From a virus, in IMG/VR virus record IMGVR_UViG_3300042892_004016, positions 1 to 64,000 of that record: 64,000 nucleotides of DNA; one strand, 5' to 3'. A program made the position numbers and the translations under genes. Within the stretch, counting starts at the first letter, position 1. Every line of letters begins with the position of its first letter. This document shows, piece by piece, positions 16,473-28,400 of the stretch. The notes beneath the pieces were generated by a model. That model saw only the letters and a list, made by a program, of their open reading frames with translations, did no database searches and was not told the DNA's origin.

Positions 16473-18499
16473 AAAGTTATAGTTGTTGTTCCACCTGGGC
16501 CCACTGCGGTGATAGTTTCAACGAATGTTTTGGAACTATTGTACTGAGTGTTTGGACCAATCAGCGGTCTATCGTAGAAATTACCAAAGCCGCCTCCGTT
16601 ATCAAATGGTTTAGTTTGCAGTTTGCTTCTTTCGAAGTCGCCACCGTCACCAATCAAAAAGAAATTATCGATGAATGGTTGACTGGACTCTGGAGTTAAT
16701 ATTTGGGCGCTGGTGCCATTACGAGTAGAAGACAAGCACCAATCCACCCAGTTTGCCAAACCAGCCGCATCAGGCTTTCTGTATAATGCATATCTAGTAT
16801 CACTATTAGTGAGCGTGAAATCCCCGTCGCCTGTATAAAAATTGACTGCTATTTTTTTAGCTAACTCTAGATTCGTTTCAAACTGAGAGAATTCCTGAAC
16901 CCAACCAAATTTGTACGAATACGGGTCAATGCCCCACCAGCCTGAATTAGGTGGTCTAGTGACAAAATTACCAAACGCATCTCCGGGTCTAAAAGCTTTG
17001 CTGGCCTGAAAGCTGCGTTCTGAATCAAGATTACCGCTAATTGCAGTAGCACCCAAGGTGGTTATAAAAAATGTATTGATAAAATGTTGGGAATTCACTG
17101 GGTCTGTGATGTTGTTGGCTGTACAGAACGCAAGCCAGGACTCAATTCCTTCTGGCTCCGGATATCGGTATAATCCATATCTAGTACCGCCTCCAACTCC
17201 AGTGGTGGTAAATGAATCGTTACTCTCAAAAAATTTAGTACCTATCCGCTCAGCTATCCACAGTGGGTCTCCAGGATTGGTACCCACTATATCAAACTCT
17301 TGTGAGAATCCATCACTATAGGTATATCGCTTTGGGCCCAAGTCTTGGTATGGCAGTGATCCATTTACTGGATATTGTGTAGCACCTTTAGTGCCCAATC
17401 TTACGTAAGTGGCGTTCGTTGCAGTCCATGATAAAGTTGCAGATCCAGGAACAGTGATGGGATTAATATCCCAAGTTGCTGTTACCACTGGTGCAGAAAC
17501 AACTAAATCTATCCCAGTCATTACAGTACCCACTACTGTGGGTGTTCCCCAAGTATTGGTCAAGTAAGTTGTAGCAGGTGGAGTGACGGTTACATTGACC
17601 GCAGTGCCTGCAGAGGGGAACGTGCCGTCAGTTGCAAAGCCCTCAGGAATTCTGTCCCACTTGGTAGTAATGGTAATTATATTTCCATTATCACCAAATA
17701 ATCCACGTGTACCATTAGATTTTACACGTACACTAATCTGCCCAACAGTTGCAACTGTTGGATCCGGTAATGTAGTGCTTTTCTTAAATACTTCCAGCTC
17801 AGTTGTGGAGAGCGCACGATAACCCGCTGAAGATTGTATAGAGGAGGAACCACCGGTTCCTCCCACTTGGGTAATGCCGTCAAACGTTGAGCCGGCAATG
17901 CTGACACTGCCGCTGCTGGGGGCGCTCAAAACTATTTTACCCGTGGCCACTGCCAATGCATTCCACAAATTATCCGACGCATTGCCAGCTGGGTGTACAA
18001 AGTTCAATGCAATTTGTCCGCCTGCATTGAAGAAATATCTGGCTGCATCGCCGGTAACAAAGGTGATCACGTGAGTAAATCCTGCATGGTTATACCATGA
18101 ACTGGACTTTACTGTTGGTGTAGTTGTGCTGGCGCCCTGTGCAATTGCATTACCACTGTTAGCATAAATTGTAGCGAGATTATTTTCAAAAATTGAAGTT
18201 ACTGGTGAAGTGGTTACTGTAGCTGATATGGGATTGCCTGAGGCGGTAACCGTTACCGGGGTGATAGTTGTCCCTTGATGTTTGGCTAGGTTACTAATTT
18301 TATTTATTAATGCGTTCCACTGTGCTGCTGAAACTCTGTTACCAACTGCCACTGGAGCCACAGCAATTTGACCATACCCATATTGCTTGATCCCAGTGTT
18401 GTTAACTGTGTTGAGGGTATTGGCCACCACACTGCTGGCTGCACCAACATATGTATTATAGTCCGATGCTTCTATTAAGCCGTATTGCGTGTAGGACAT
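16469..18499 (-). CDS. Virion structural/fibre protein, N-terminal part (paralog of 8391-12134)
   Basis: MSY..GLIEASDYN start and GDAARYFFNAGGQI domain; two RY.LYR.P...G...W modules. Confidence 0.75.
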   Translation of the reverse strand: MSYTQYGLIEASDYNTYVGAASSVVANTLNTVNNTGIKQYGYGQIAVAPVAVGNRVSAAQWNALINKISNLAKHQGTTITPVTVTASGNPISATVTTSPVTSIFENNLATIYANSGNAIAQGASTTTPTVKSSSWYNHAGFTHVITFVTGDAARYFFNAGGQIALNFVHPAGNASDNLWNALAVATGKIVLSAPSSGSVSIAGSTFDGITQVGGTGGSSSIQSSAGYRALSTTELEVFKKSTTLPDPTVATVGQISVRVKSNGTRGLFGDNGNIITITTKWDRIPEGFATDGTFPSAGTAVNVTVTPPATTYLTNTWGTPTVVGTVMTGIDLVVSAPVVTATWDINPITVPGSATLSWTATNATYVRLGTKGATQYPVNGSLPYQDLGPKRYTYSDGFSQEFDIVGTNPGDPLWIAERIGTKFFESNDSFTTTGVGGGTRYGLYRYPEPEGIESWLAFCTANNITDPVNSQHFINTFFITTLGATAISGNLDSERSFQASKAFRPGDAFGNFVTRPPNSGWWGIDPYSYKFGWVQEFSQFETNLELAKKIAVNFYTGDGDFTLTNSDTRYALYRKPDAAGLANWVDWCLSSTRNGTSAQILTPESSQPFIDNFFLIGDGGDFERSKLQTKPFDNGGGFGNFYDRPLIGPNTQYNSSKTFVETITAVGPGGTTTITL

Positions 18500-18512
18500 G
18501 AATCCATACCTC

Positions 18513-19727
18513 TTATCTTATTATAACAATTGCTTCAACTGTACCTGGACCACTAGTTGTTTTTGTAGTTAAGCTCCGACCAATAGTATTAAATGCAGTT
18601 ATCTCTAGTTTAGTAGCGGCGCGGGCAAATCCTTTGCCAGCACTGACTAAACGATCACCTTTTTTAACTTGACCATGTACTTTAACTTGCACTCTACCAC
18701 TGATAGCCACTGGAGGATGAGTTGCATCTTCGCCAGCACCTGAATTCATCAAGTAGGCAGCAGTGTTGCTTACTACTCCAAACACAGTGTCACTTAACTC
18801 ATCTACCACAGCAGTAATTTCTTTATCTCCACCTAATTCAACAACTGTACCTGGCTCATATGCACTGTCAGCTTCAAATCGTTCGGCCAAGTCAGCATAA
18901 GTTGCATTTAGTCTTGCTCCAGTACCTAGTGTCCAGAGACCGTTGATGATGCCACCACCAGCTAATTCATTAGTGGTAACTTTGGCTGGTGCAATATTTC
19001 CGGTAAATTGAGTTACACTGTTTGAGCCAGTCAAATAATCATATACACTGCTGTTGGTGTATGTTCCCACTGGGTTAAACGGAGATCCGTCTGCGTACAT
19101 ATAGTTGTCGCATTTAATACCATTTATGCTGGTTGAATTGAATGTAATATTGCCTGTTTCTACGCGAAGTGAATCGCCTGCAGGGTTACCATACACTGCC
19201 CAGTCACCAGTAATAGACCCGGTAGTAGTATCATTGCCTGTTGTTATTAGTTGTGTGGTTAGTGTAGTAACGTTACCAGTAGTAATAGTTGCATTAAGTG
19301 CAGTTAATTGTGCATTGGCTGTTATCAGGCGGGCAAAAATAACATCGCTGTCCAATTGATTGGCCACGCTGATATTATTTGCGTTAATGTTTCCAGTAAC
19401 CACTAGATCAGCAAAAGTGGTTGCGCCTGATACACTTGATGTTGCTGCTAGTGTAATCCATTGAGCCTGGTTGACTACTCCATCTTGTGGACAAATATTT
19501 AATGTCTCGGTAGCAGTGTTAAACCACAACTGACCTCTTAGTGAGTTTGACGGTGGGCTGCTGCTAGCAAAGCTCTCTAGCTGTCTGACAAAATTAGTGT
19601 CAATCACGTTACCGTAACCTGCAAAGCTTCTACCTGGCAGTCCTAAACTGGTACTGGTAGTGTCGATGGTTCCATCTTGTACTGTTGTCAGTGTAGTACC
19701 ATCACTTCTTTTAATTGTATATGCCAT
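18513..19727 (-). CDS. Tail fibre/baseplate protein with C-terminal intramolecular-chaperone-like domain
   Basis: MAYTI...DGT...GR...GYG...NF..LESFA...P....GQLWF N-terminus; C-terminal YADLAERFEAD..YEPGTVV...GRV.VKV.G.VKKGDRLVS. Confidence 0.7.
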   Translation of the reverse strand: MAYTIKRSDGTTLTTVQDGTIDTTSTSLGLPGRSFAGYGNVIDTNFVRQLESFASSSPPSNSLRGQLWFNTATETLNICPQDGVVNQAQWITLAATSSVSGATTFADLVVTGNINANNISVANQLDSDVIFARLITANAQLTALNATITTGNVTTLTTQLITTGNDTTTGSITGDWAVYGNPAGDSLRVETGNITFNSTSINGIKCDNYMYADGSPFNPVGTYTNSSVYDYLTGSNSVTQFTGNIAPAKVTTNELAGGGIINGLWTLGTGARLNATYADLAERFEADSAYEPGTVVELGGDKEITAVVDELSDTVFGVVSNTAAYLMNSGAGEDATHPPVAISGRVQVKVHGQVKKGDRLVSAGKGFARAATKLEITAFNTIGRSLTTKTTSGPGTVEAIVIIR

Positions 19728-19746
19728 TTACTTACTCCGTTTGTTT

Positions 19747-20367
19747 TTAAATAGTTACCACGTTAGTTAAACTTTGAATTCTAACTGTATAGTCTACTTG
19801 AATTTGTCTGTTTAAGCTCTTTTGTACTGGATGAAAAATCACATGAGTCAACAATCTAGTTTGCTCATTTCCTGCTAAGTCTGTGCCGTATCCTGCCAAT
19901 AGTCCCATCTCATCAAATGTATAAGCTGAGTCAATCTGAGTTCCATTGTCAAATGCGGTCTGTCCTGATGGTTCGCCAAAGTCTAGCAAACATTGCACCA
20001 GTATGTCAGTGTACACTTTGCCCGCAGTATGAGAAACAACCATTTTGTTTCTGGCAGGATCAGTGTTTAGTATGTTGGTGTCATCAACAATCTTGCTGTA
20101 AGTCTGACCATACAGTGAAGCATTCTGCCCAACTGTGTTAGTGGGCAAGTAAGTGATAATTCCGGTGTCATCTACGCTGCTGCCGCCATTGCCAAAAGCC
20201 ATGCGGAATATGCTGCCGTAGCCACGGTTGCTTAATGTGTCAGCAATGGCTTCACTTATGTTCTCGTAGTGTATGGCGTTTTTCTTATCCACAAGCACTT
20301 CACCTGTGTTGGGATCGGTAATCTTGACGAATCCCTCTATTTTTAGGGTGTGGGTTATTGTTGACAT
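19747..20367 (-). CDS. Conserved baseplate/tail structural protein
   Basis: KKNAIHYEN, FGNGG, FDEMGL and LLTHVIFHPVQKSLNR motifs; sits in the tail operon. Confidence 0.65.
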   Translation of the reverse strand: MSTITHTLKIEGFVKITDPNTGEVLVDKKNAIHYENISEAIADTLSNRGYGSIFRMAFGNGGSSVDDTGIITYLPTNTVGQNASLYGQTYSKIVDDTNILNTDPARNKMVVSHTAGKVYTDILVQCLLDFGEPSGQTAFDNGTQIDSAYTFDEMGLLAGYGTDLAGNEQTRLLTHVIFHPVQKSLNRQIQVDYTVRIQSLTNVVTI

Positions 20368-20513
20368 TAATTATCGCCTCGTTGTTGAACTAATACTTCT
20401 TCTGTATTAGGATCAAAAATCTTAATTGAAGAACTGAAATAAAACCCACCCTTTTCGTCAGGTTTGCTGGGTTTTTCTGCAGATTGCTCTAAGTTTTCTA
20501 TACTTTCGTTCAT
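20367..20513 (-). CDS. Small protein (48 aa) resembling the N-terminus of the downstream gene
   Basis: Manual translation MNESIENLEQSAEKPSKPDEKGGFYFSSSIKIFDPNTEEVLVQQRGDN; TAAATA upstream (20521-20526); TAATG coupling to the next gene. Confidence 0.7.
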   Translation of the reverse strand: MNESIENLEQSAEKPSKPDEKGGFYFSSSIKIFDPNTEEVLVQQRGDN

Positions 20514-20530
20514 AATCTATTATTTATCAT

Positions 20531-22471
20531 TTATTTTGTGCCGGTTTGCAAGAATATTGCAGGGATGCTGTCGCTGATCTGCAGTGGATCGCCCGAAACG
20601 GGGTTGTATGTTTCACTGTTCCAAGTTCTGTCGTAGTAGAAATTGAACAGAGTATTGGTTGGGCTTATCGCATACACAGTGTCATATGTGGCATGCAGCG
20701 GCAAGACCCCAGTTCCGCCGATTCCTCTGGTCAGGCCGCTGATAGAATTATCCTGATAATTTACCTGCTTGTAGCGTATTTTTTCACCATTTATATTTAC
20801 TATGTCACCCAGTCTTAGAGTCACTACGATACTATCGCCCTCAGCCACATTGCTGTTCAGTATCAGCTGGGGTTTTGCATTTTCTGTAGTTAATACAAAA
20901 TCAGTACCGGCCAGCTCGGTGATTGAAGTGATATTGTATACCGTAACTTGCTTGATTGATTGTATGTCGTATTTGAGCAGTACATACAACGTGGTTCCAC
21001 TTGACAACACTGTTAGAGTATCTTCTACAATATCAACTACGTTTCCTATATTGTTTACATACATTGTGTCGTCTAACAACTGCAGTGGTTGCTCTAACCA
21101 AGTTTTAGTATTAGTATTGGCTCTGTAGATAACTTGCTCGCCGTTATTGTCAACCTCATTCACATATACCAGTTGATTTGGGGTGGCGGCTGACACCTGA
21201 CTGGTGACCGTTACTACATCTCCAACATTAATAGGGGCGATTATGTTCAAATAGTTATTGGCATTCAACCTTAGCTGGTCGCTGCTAACTACTTTGCCAC
21301 CCACTGCACTGTTGGACACAGTAACATGAAGTCTAGTGACATCAGTTAATGTCAGATCGGGTTGATTAATTTGATGAGTGTTGCTGGTTTCCCAAATGAA
21401 TCCACCTGAGGTGTAGGGAGTCACTAATGCGCTACGAACTATTTTGGTAATTCCGGCGTTGAGATATAACGATACCACGTAGTAAGTTGTTCCATCTTCA
21501 ACAATTGATATTTCATTTCGTATGAAGTATGAATTATTATTTAATTGTATGGATCCAAGTATACCATCTAGCGAAACTTCATCTCCGTCAGTGAACCCCA
21601 ATGATTCTAGAGTGTAGATCCAAACACTTACTTTCTCGGTGTTTATGAAATAGATGGGAACTACTCGCATGTCAGTGCGTTGTTCGGTTAACAGATATTG
21701 CTGAGCAGTATCGTTAAATGTTGTTATACTAACTAGATCATCTTCGGTTAGACTCGTTGCAACAGATAGCGTACTGGTCAACGTATCTATTGTGTAATCT
21801 CCTGCTAGGCCATTCAACCTGTATCCATTAGCCTCTACAATAGCGTTAGTTGCATTCGTGGCATCTATATAATTAGTTAATGTAAAATCTGCGGTTATTC
21901 CATCGTACACAAACACCTGTGATTCTGGTATGCTGTAATTGATATTTTCAGTCGAACTACCAAAAACTACAAAACTCAAATAATCCACAGTGGTATCGTA
22001 TACTCTAGTAAACAACAGTTTGGTAGTACCTGTGCCAGTAGATGCCAGATAATAGTCTGTGTTAAACACCAGCTTGATCCCATTATGATATACCGCTGGA
22101 TCAGCAGCCGTATCAGAATTGAATGCGTATCCCAGATGTATCTCACTATTACCAGTTACTGGATCTACTCGCAGTGCCATGTCATGAGAATTTGATCTGA
22201 CCAGTTGATTGCCGTTGCCAAATTCATAAACATCAAGATGAATTTCTTCGTCCGTGGTTAATTCTGTACCAACTAATTCAATAGTCTTGTCTACCCAATT
22301 CACAGTATACATTGTTGGGTTAGCTGCGCTAGTGTCCACTATGTCACCCAACTCAGAATCTAAATTCTGTTGGTATATTCTCTTACCAAATCCAGTTAGT
22401 GTGTCCATTATGAACACCGCCAACTGTGCTGGACTTTCAGTAACACTACTGAAATCTATTACATTACCCAT
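20531..22471 (-). CDS. Virion structural protein, probably the C-terminal part of the giant baseplate protein
   Basis: Beta-rich; the NGEKIRY...ISGLTRG..GT motif resembles a motif inside the upstream 4595-aa ORF; 8-nt overlap. Confidence 0.65.
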   Translation of the reverse strand: MGNVIDFSSVTESPAQLAVFIMDTLTGFGKRIYQQNLDSELGDIVDTSAANPTMYTVNWVDKTIELVGTELTTDEEIHLDVYEFGNGNQLVRSNSHDMALRVDPVTGNSEIHLGYAFNSDTAADPAVYHNGIKLVFNTDYYLASTGTGTTKLLFTRVYDTTVDYLSFVVFGSSTENINYSIPESQVFVYDGITADFTLTNYIDATNATNAIVEANGYRLNGLAGDYTIDTLTSTLSVATSLTEDDLVSITTFNDTAQQYLLTEQRTDMRVVPIYFINTEKVSVWIYTLESLGFTDGDEVSLDGILGSIQLNNNSYFIRNEISIVEDGTTYYVVSLYLNAGITKIVRSALVTPYTSGGFIWETSNTHQINQPDLTLTDVTRLHVTVSNSAVGGKVVSSDQLRLNANNYLNIIAPINVGDVVTVTSQVSAATPNQLVYVNEVDNNGEQVIYRANTNTKTWLEQPLQLLDDTMYVNNIGNVVDIVEDTLTVLSSGTTLYVLLKYDIQSIKQVTVYNITSITELAGTDFVLTTENAKPQLILNSNVAEGDSIVVTLRLGDIVNINGEKIRYKQVNYQDNSISGLTRGIGGTGVLPLHATYDTVYAISPTNTLFNFYYDRTWNSETYNPVSGDPLQISDSIPAIFLQTGTK

Positions 22472-25400
22472 TATTTGCAGCCTTCCATTTTAATCTCTTT
22501 ACTGTGTATCCAGTGTGCTGGTATGTTTCAGCATCCCAAGTAGCACCGGGTCTAGTAGTTATTCTAATTGAGAGGGTGTCAGTAATAACTCCCGGTACCA
22601 ATTCTTCTGGTCCGTAGCCTGACATGAATGCATCGCCCTTGATCTCATAGAAAGTTGTTTCGTCGGCCACTGTTAATGCGCTTACCCAAACAATACCATC
22701 ATAACTGCTTAATATTGTAGTATTGGCACCTGCTGCAATGAATCTCTCACCAGTATGTGAGATAGTGTGTAGTGTTTCCGTCGTACCGGAAATCATGGCA
22801 TCAAATGTAACGCCATCATAACTTACTAATATGACACCATTTTCACCCACTATGACGAATGCATTTTCTGCATATACTCCGGATAATAATTTTCCAGTTA
22901 TAGGGGCAGCGTTCAGTACACAAGTTTCATAATTGTATCCATTGGTTGTACTCAACAGAGTACCTGCATCCCCTGCTACAATTATCATATTGGTTGATGC
23001 TACTACCGCATTTAGTCCGTGAGCAGTAACTGCGGGTGTTAACTCTGACCAGTTTTTGCCGTCGTTGCTGGTAACGATGGTACCAACTTGTGTGGTAGTG
23101 GTTGATACTGCGCCACTGGCTGACACATTGGTGATTCCTGTACCCACTGCAATATAACCCTCAAAGAAATCACATGACAGGAATTTAACAGCATTCAATC
23201 TAGTAGAAGCTGCACCGATAAAATCATATGCTCTGTTCCAACCATATCCATCACGACTGGATATGATTTCATCACCAACTGCAACATAAAGACCATCATG
23301 TGACATGATGCTGTATAGTTTATCTAACGGTGCCGACAGTGATGTACTATCCCACTTAGTTCCCACGTCATCAAATGGCAATGAATCCCATGGAGTAAAT
23401 TCTCCTACAGTGGTCCAAACAAAACTGTCATAGCTTATGTATATAGGTGTATTGACATTGGTAGTGGATAGCATATAGATTTGACCATCGTATGTCATAT
23501 CAGTTAGTCCCAATACTTGTGCGCCAATTCTAGTTACTTGCCAAGTGCTGCCCTGGTCATAACTGTGCATGACCATTGAGAATGCTGGTCCATCAGCCGC
23601 AGCCACATACTTGTTGCCGTCATATATAACTGATACAATCTTTACTCCCTTGGGATAGAAAGATTGATCTTTTAATATGGTGTCAAGAGTCAATGCGCCA
23701 GTAAAATTATTGCCATAGTACGTGTTGTTGGGGTAATCTATTCCCGAAACTAGCAATGGCAGATTCTTACCCAACATGTCATCAGTTGGCTCATAGTAGC
23801 CCATGATTCTGTCTAGTGCATTTAGAGTAGGATCATCACTCTGTACCTGTACCCACTTGTCAAAGTTAAAGGTAGAATCGTTATTACTTTCAACACAGTT
23901 ATATAACCGTTTATTGAACGTGACCAGTGAACTGGCACTACGTGTATATCCACTGGTAATGATAACTGGCTCAGGCAAGTAAATGTTATCTGATGCAGTA
24001 TATGGGAACGGATTAGTAGTCACTCGCCATTCGCCACCAATAAAGGTTGGACTTGCAGTTGTATTCTTTACTGCTATGTAATAAGTTGCGCCATTCTTTA
24101 CAATAGTATCTTTAGTATAAGCAGTGTCGGCTGTCCAAAGATTGGGAACTGTTACGGGGTTAACCATTGCTGCATCATAGTATACTACCAATTGAGTATC
24201 AGTAATTGGCTTAACATAATATTGCTTGAATGTATCAGCCGCTATTCCATATAACTCATATATTAGAATACCATTTGTTATGGTAGTGTGAATTACTTTA
24301 ATTGTTGCATCATTTGTGCCATCAACTCCACCAAGTAGTGATCCCTTGACTGTGATGATATCTCCAGCTGCAAATGCAGTTCCCAAATTAGCAGTGTCCA
24401 GTTCAATAAAGTATTGATTCTTTATTGTACTGGTATTGAATTTAGGTGCAGAAAACTTAATAACTGCGGGATCAGCCAGTCCAGTGTATCCATCTGGTAA
24501 CAGACTTAGTGTAATAGCAGCAGGTGTTTCATAGAAATATACATTCATGCCTTTAAGTTGACCTGGCATTAATGGACTAGCTGCATAATCTGTGGTAACA
24601 GTCACTTGCTTGCCCAACGCACTAGATACTGCAACTACTGGTAGTACTTCACCTTGTAAGCTGGCACTCATTGTAGTAACTGCGCTGTCGTATAGCTTTG
24701 TTGCTGAGCTTGATTCATTACCACTGGCAGTAAAGTCACTATAGTAATATTCTCCTGCAGTCCACACAGTAACCTTGCTGTTATAACTGGTTCTGTCAAA
24801 CTTCAGTGTGGTTTTTAACTGTCTGGTTGGGGTATTAGTTGCCACTGCTACTGCTCTGGCAGTTACCGCTAGTAAATTACCAGCGCTTGCTCCTGCATCA
24901 GTGAACACGATGCGATGATTATCAGTTAATGCATTTTTCTTAGAAGTATACAGTGCAATAGTGGAAGTTAACCCAAATAGCTCATCAGTGAATACGACAC
25001 CAACATAGTAATGTTGTTGGTCTTCAATACCCATTACTGTATCGCCTATACCAGACTTATACTTAACTACATCGCCTGTTTTTAATGTGGCCGATGTGAG
25101 AGATATCGTATTCAACGAGAAATTAATAGCATCACTGTCAAATGAGACCGTGAATACTGGTTCTATAATTATTTCAGGAGTAACTGCGTAGCCATTGCCA
25201 GCATCCAGTATTTTTACACCCACTAATTTATCGCCAGACATAATAGCACTGACTCTGGCTGGCGTATTGGGAGCAGGATACATGTTAGTGTCAATATACA
25301 CTGTTATTTCCGGAGGATCAACGTAATCTCTACCTGAGTCTAGTACAACAACTCCTGGCATGTCTGTATAAACCAATGCATGTGGATTGTGCGCGGTGAT

Positions 25401-28400
25401 CTCGGTGTTATTTACTCCGCGAGTAATAGTAGATAGTATACCAGCATCTCTGTCAACGCTAGCATAGCTAATCTGCTCATCGTCAATAGTTATTATACCA
25501 GTTAGAGGAATACCGTGAGCGTTATCAATATGAATTGTGTTTGCAGCAGTAGAAACGTATTTGACCACTGCGCCAACATTCACTCTGCTTAGCCCAGTAA
25601 GTGATAGTCCGTAATTTGCTAACCAATCGGTATATGCGGTGTCTTGCCATACAGTGTCAGTAGGTCCAAACTGACCCACTCCCACTGGGTTCTTAAAGTT
25701 TAAGTTGGGTGTGACAAATCTACCTAAATCTGCGTCATATTTTGCAGGCAAGTCAAAGTCACTTATGGCATGCGTGAATGTGTCACTGGCAGTGTATCTG
25801 ATAGCAAACTCTTTAATCACCACGTGGTATGGTTTAACTTCATTGAGGTAACCCTCTAAGAAGTTAATATTATCCTGCTGATATGTTTGGCTTTGTACCA
25901 AGTCACGCAGAGTATGCGATACATCTACTAACGATGTTTTATTCAGCCATGGCAAGTTATTTTGGGTGGCAGTGGCTTCACTGGTAATGTATTCAAACAG
26001 CAGTATTAAACTCTTGTTGCGATGAATCTGTAAATCGTTAACATAGATTTCTTCATTGAGTGCTCGTAAGATATATCTGGTTTCAATGGAAGGGTAGGTA
26101 TCAAACTCTATAGTATCGTAGAAGTTATTACCAAATCCTATATTGTTAGCATCATATTCCCATAGCGAACTCTTAATCTGAATAGTACCCTGTTCTAATC
26201 CCACTCTAGTCCATGCAGTGCCACTGTAAACATAAACTTCGCGTTTGCCATCGCTGTTGGCAGTTACCCCGGCAACAAGACCTTCAGTGGCCACTAGTGT
26301 GGCTAATCCAAAATATCTTGATACTTCTACATCTATCTTGGTGTTGTTATTGTAGCCATCTGCCCACCAGTAGATATATTCCCAGTAATCACTGGTGTTA
26401 AATGTAGGGCCACTGGTAGTCAAGAATGCAGGGGCGCGAGCTGGAGCACCCTGTTTATTGGAGCTGCCCAAAAACGCGGGAGTCTTGTACTCTGCAATAG
26501 GGTACTGCAGTAATACTGCATTGGCGTACAGGCAATAGTTTTCCAAGGCTTTAAATCGGTTGATAAAGAAGCTTTGCGTTGGTCTAACTGAGATACCAGT
26601 TTGCACCATCTTGGGCAAGCTGATATTTGGTACCACTTTTCCTTGTATGTCCACACCTGATAAGCTGTCTAGTAGTTTTTCATATAGTGCTTCAGGATCA
26701 CTGTAGTCAGTGTAGGCTGATGGAACTCCAGCTAAGAAATCTTCTGCATAGCCATTGCGTATTAGTTTAAATTCATTATATGATGAATCTTGGTTTACAC
26801 CCTCACCAAATCCAATATGCAGACTGGTGTTGGTTGACTTGATATACTGTCTGCTATTATAAAGTGCATAGATGTTTGGCTTTACAGCAGCAAAATAAGG
26901 TATACCAGAGTTCTGCGGGTTAGTGATATAAGCAGTTATCACAGTATCAGTGAGTGTCTTACCCTGCTGGTTGTATAACACATTGGTATTTCTAACCCAA
27001 TAGTAGTACTTGCTAATCAACGCACCAGTGCTATCTAATTCAAAGGTGGTGGTATATGCTTCTAAGTTATATGCAGTTCCTGATCCAACATAATCCATGG
27101 GAACAACATCACTTTCTATCCAGGTGTATACTGTGACTGTACTACCAGGGAACAGTGTGCCCCAATATTTACTGTCGTATACTGTATCGGCTTGATGGTA
27201 ATCAACAAATCTAGTGGTCGTGGTGTCGAACCATATTTTACCCACAAAGTTGCTTGCCCATACTATGCGATTGGCGGTAGTGTCAGTATTGTATCCTGCA
27301 GGATCATATGAGCCCATGTAGTCGATATTTTCTCTGACCACACCCAACAATTTACCTTGCAGTGGATCTATATAATCCAATGCGGCTGTTCTGCTGTTAC
27401 TAATGTTGTCATATAACTGAACTGATTGTATCTGAGATACATCCACAGTGGCAGATTCTTTGCGTGTAATTTGCCAATTTGGTTTATTGGTATTATTTAT
27501 AAATATTACCACGCGTCCCGTGCCCACTGAGTTTACATACGCTGGACATCCTACTACTAGTGAATATTCAGTGAACGCTAGTGTTTTACCGTAATACGAT
27601 GTTTGCGCGCCTGCAGTTGCCAATTCAGTAGCTGATTGTCCGAATACGTATTTGCCAACGGTTTGCATGCTCTCGTTATAAGCAGGAAGATAATCGTATA
27701 TGAATACACTTCCTGCATTTACTGCAGTGTCTACAAATCTGGTAAAGTTACCATCGAATATCGTATCGTTTGTGTAATCTTCGTCATCAGTAAAATCAAA
27801 TGTGGTGGCTGTTTTTCTGGCTATAACTGGGGCGCCCACTGCAAATGAGTTATGTTCGTTGAACTTCACTGAGTACCCATATTGAGTTGGTCCAGTCAAT
27901 TGTTCAGCGTTGATCAATACCTGAGTGTTAACGTACTCCGAAATACCCAATGCCTGTGCCGTTGCTAGCTCAAGTACAGTAATATTTAATTTGTTATTTA
28001 CCGGACCCAATTGCGTGTTTACCAATTGTATTACCAGTTTAGCGTCAGTAGTACTATATGCTTTTACATTGGGAATGCTGGCTTGATTAATGGCTGTTAC
28101 TATATTGGTTATTCCGGTTCCTGGCAGTCTTACTGTATAACCGTTAATCAATATCGTGGCATCAGTTGACAGTGATACTGCACTGGCACCAGTTATCATT
28201 CCATACTTCTTCCCTTGATTGGTAAAGCGGTACACACTGCCTTCTATGTTGTCAGTTGATAAATCGTACGGTGCTCCTACTATTAATTCAGTACTTGGGG
28301 TGTTAGTATCTAGCGAATGACCAAATGCAACCCCTGATCTGATTTGATCCACCGATACAAAGCTGTTTAATGTCTGCGTATGGACGAAATCAACACAGCT

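Noticed and set aside
15520-16482. 320-aa + strand ORF and many other antisense ORFs over structural genes
   Set aside because: Antisense shadows caused by Thr/Ser/Val codon bias; no RBS or recognisable motifs.
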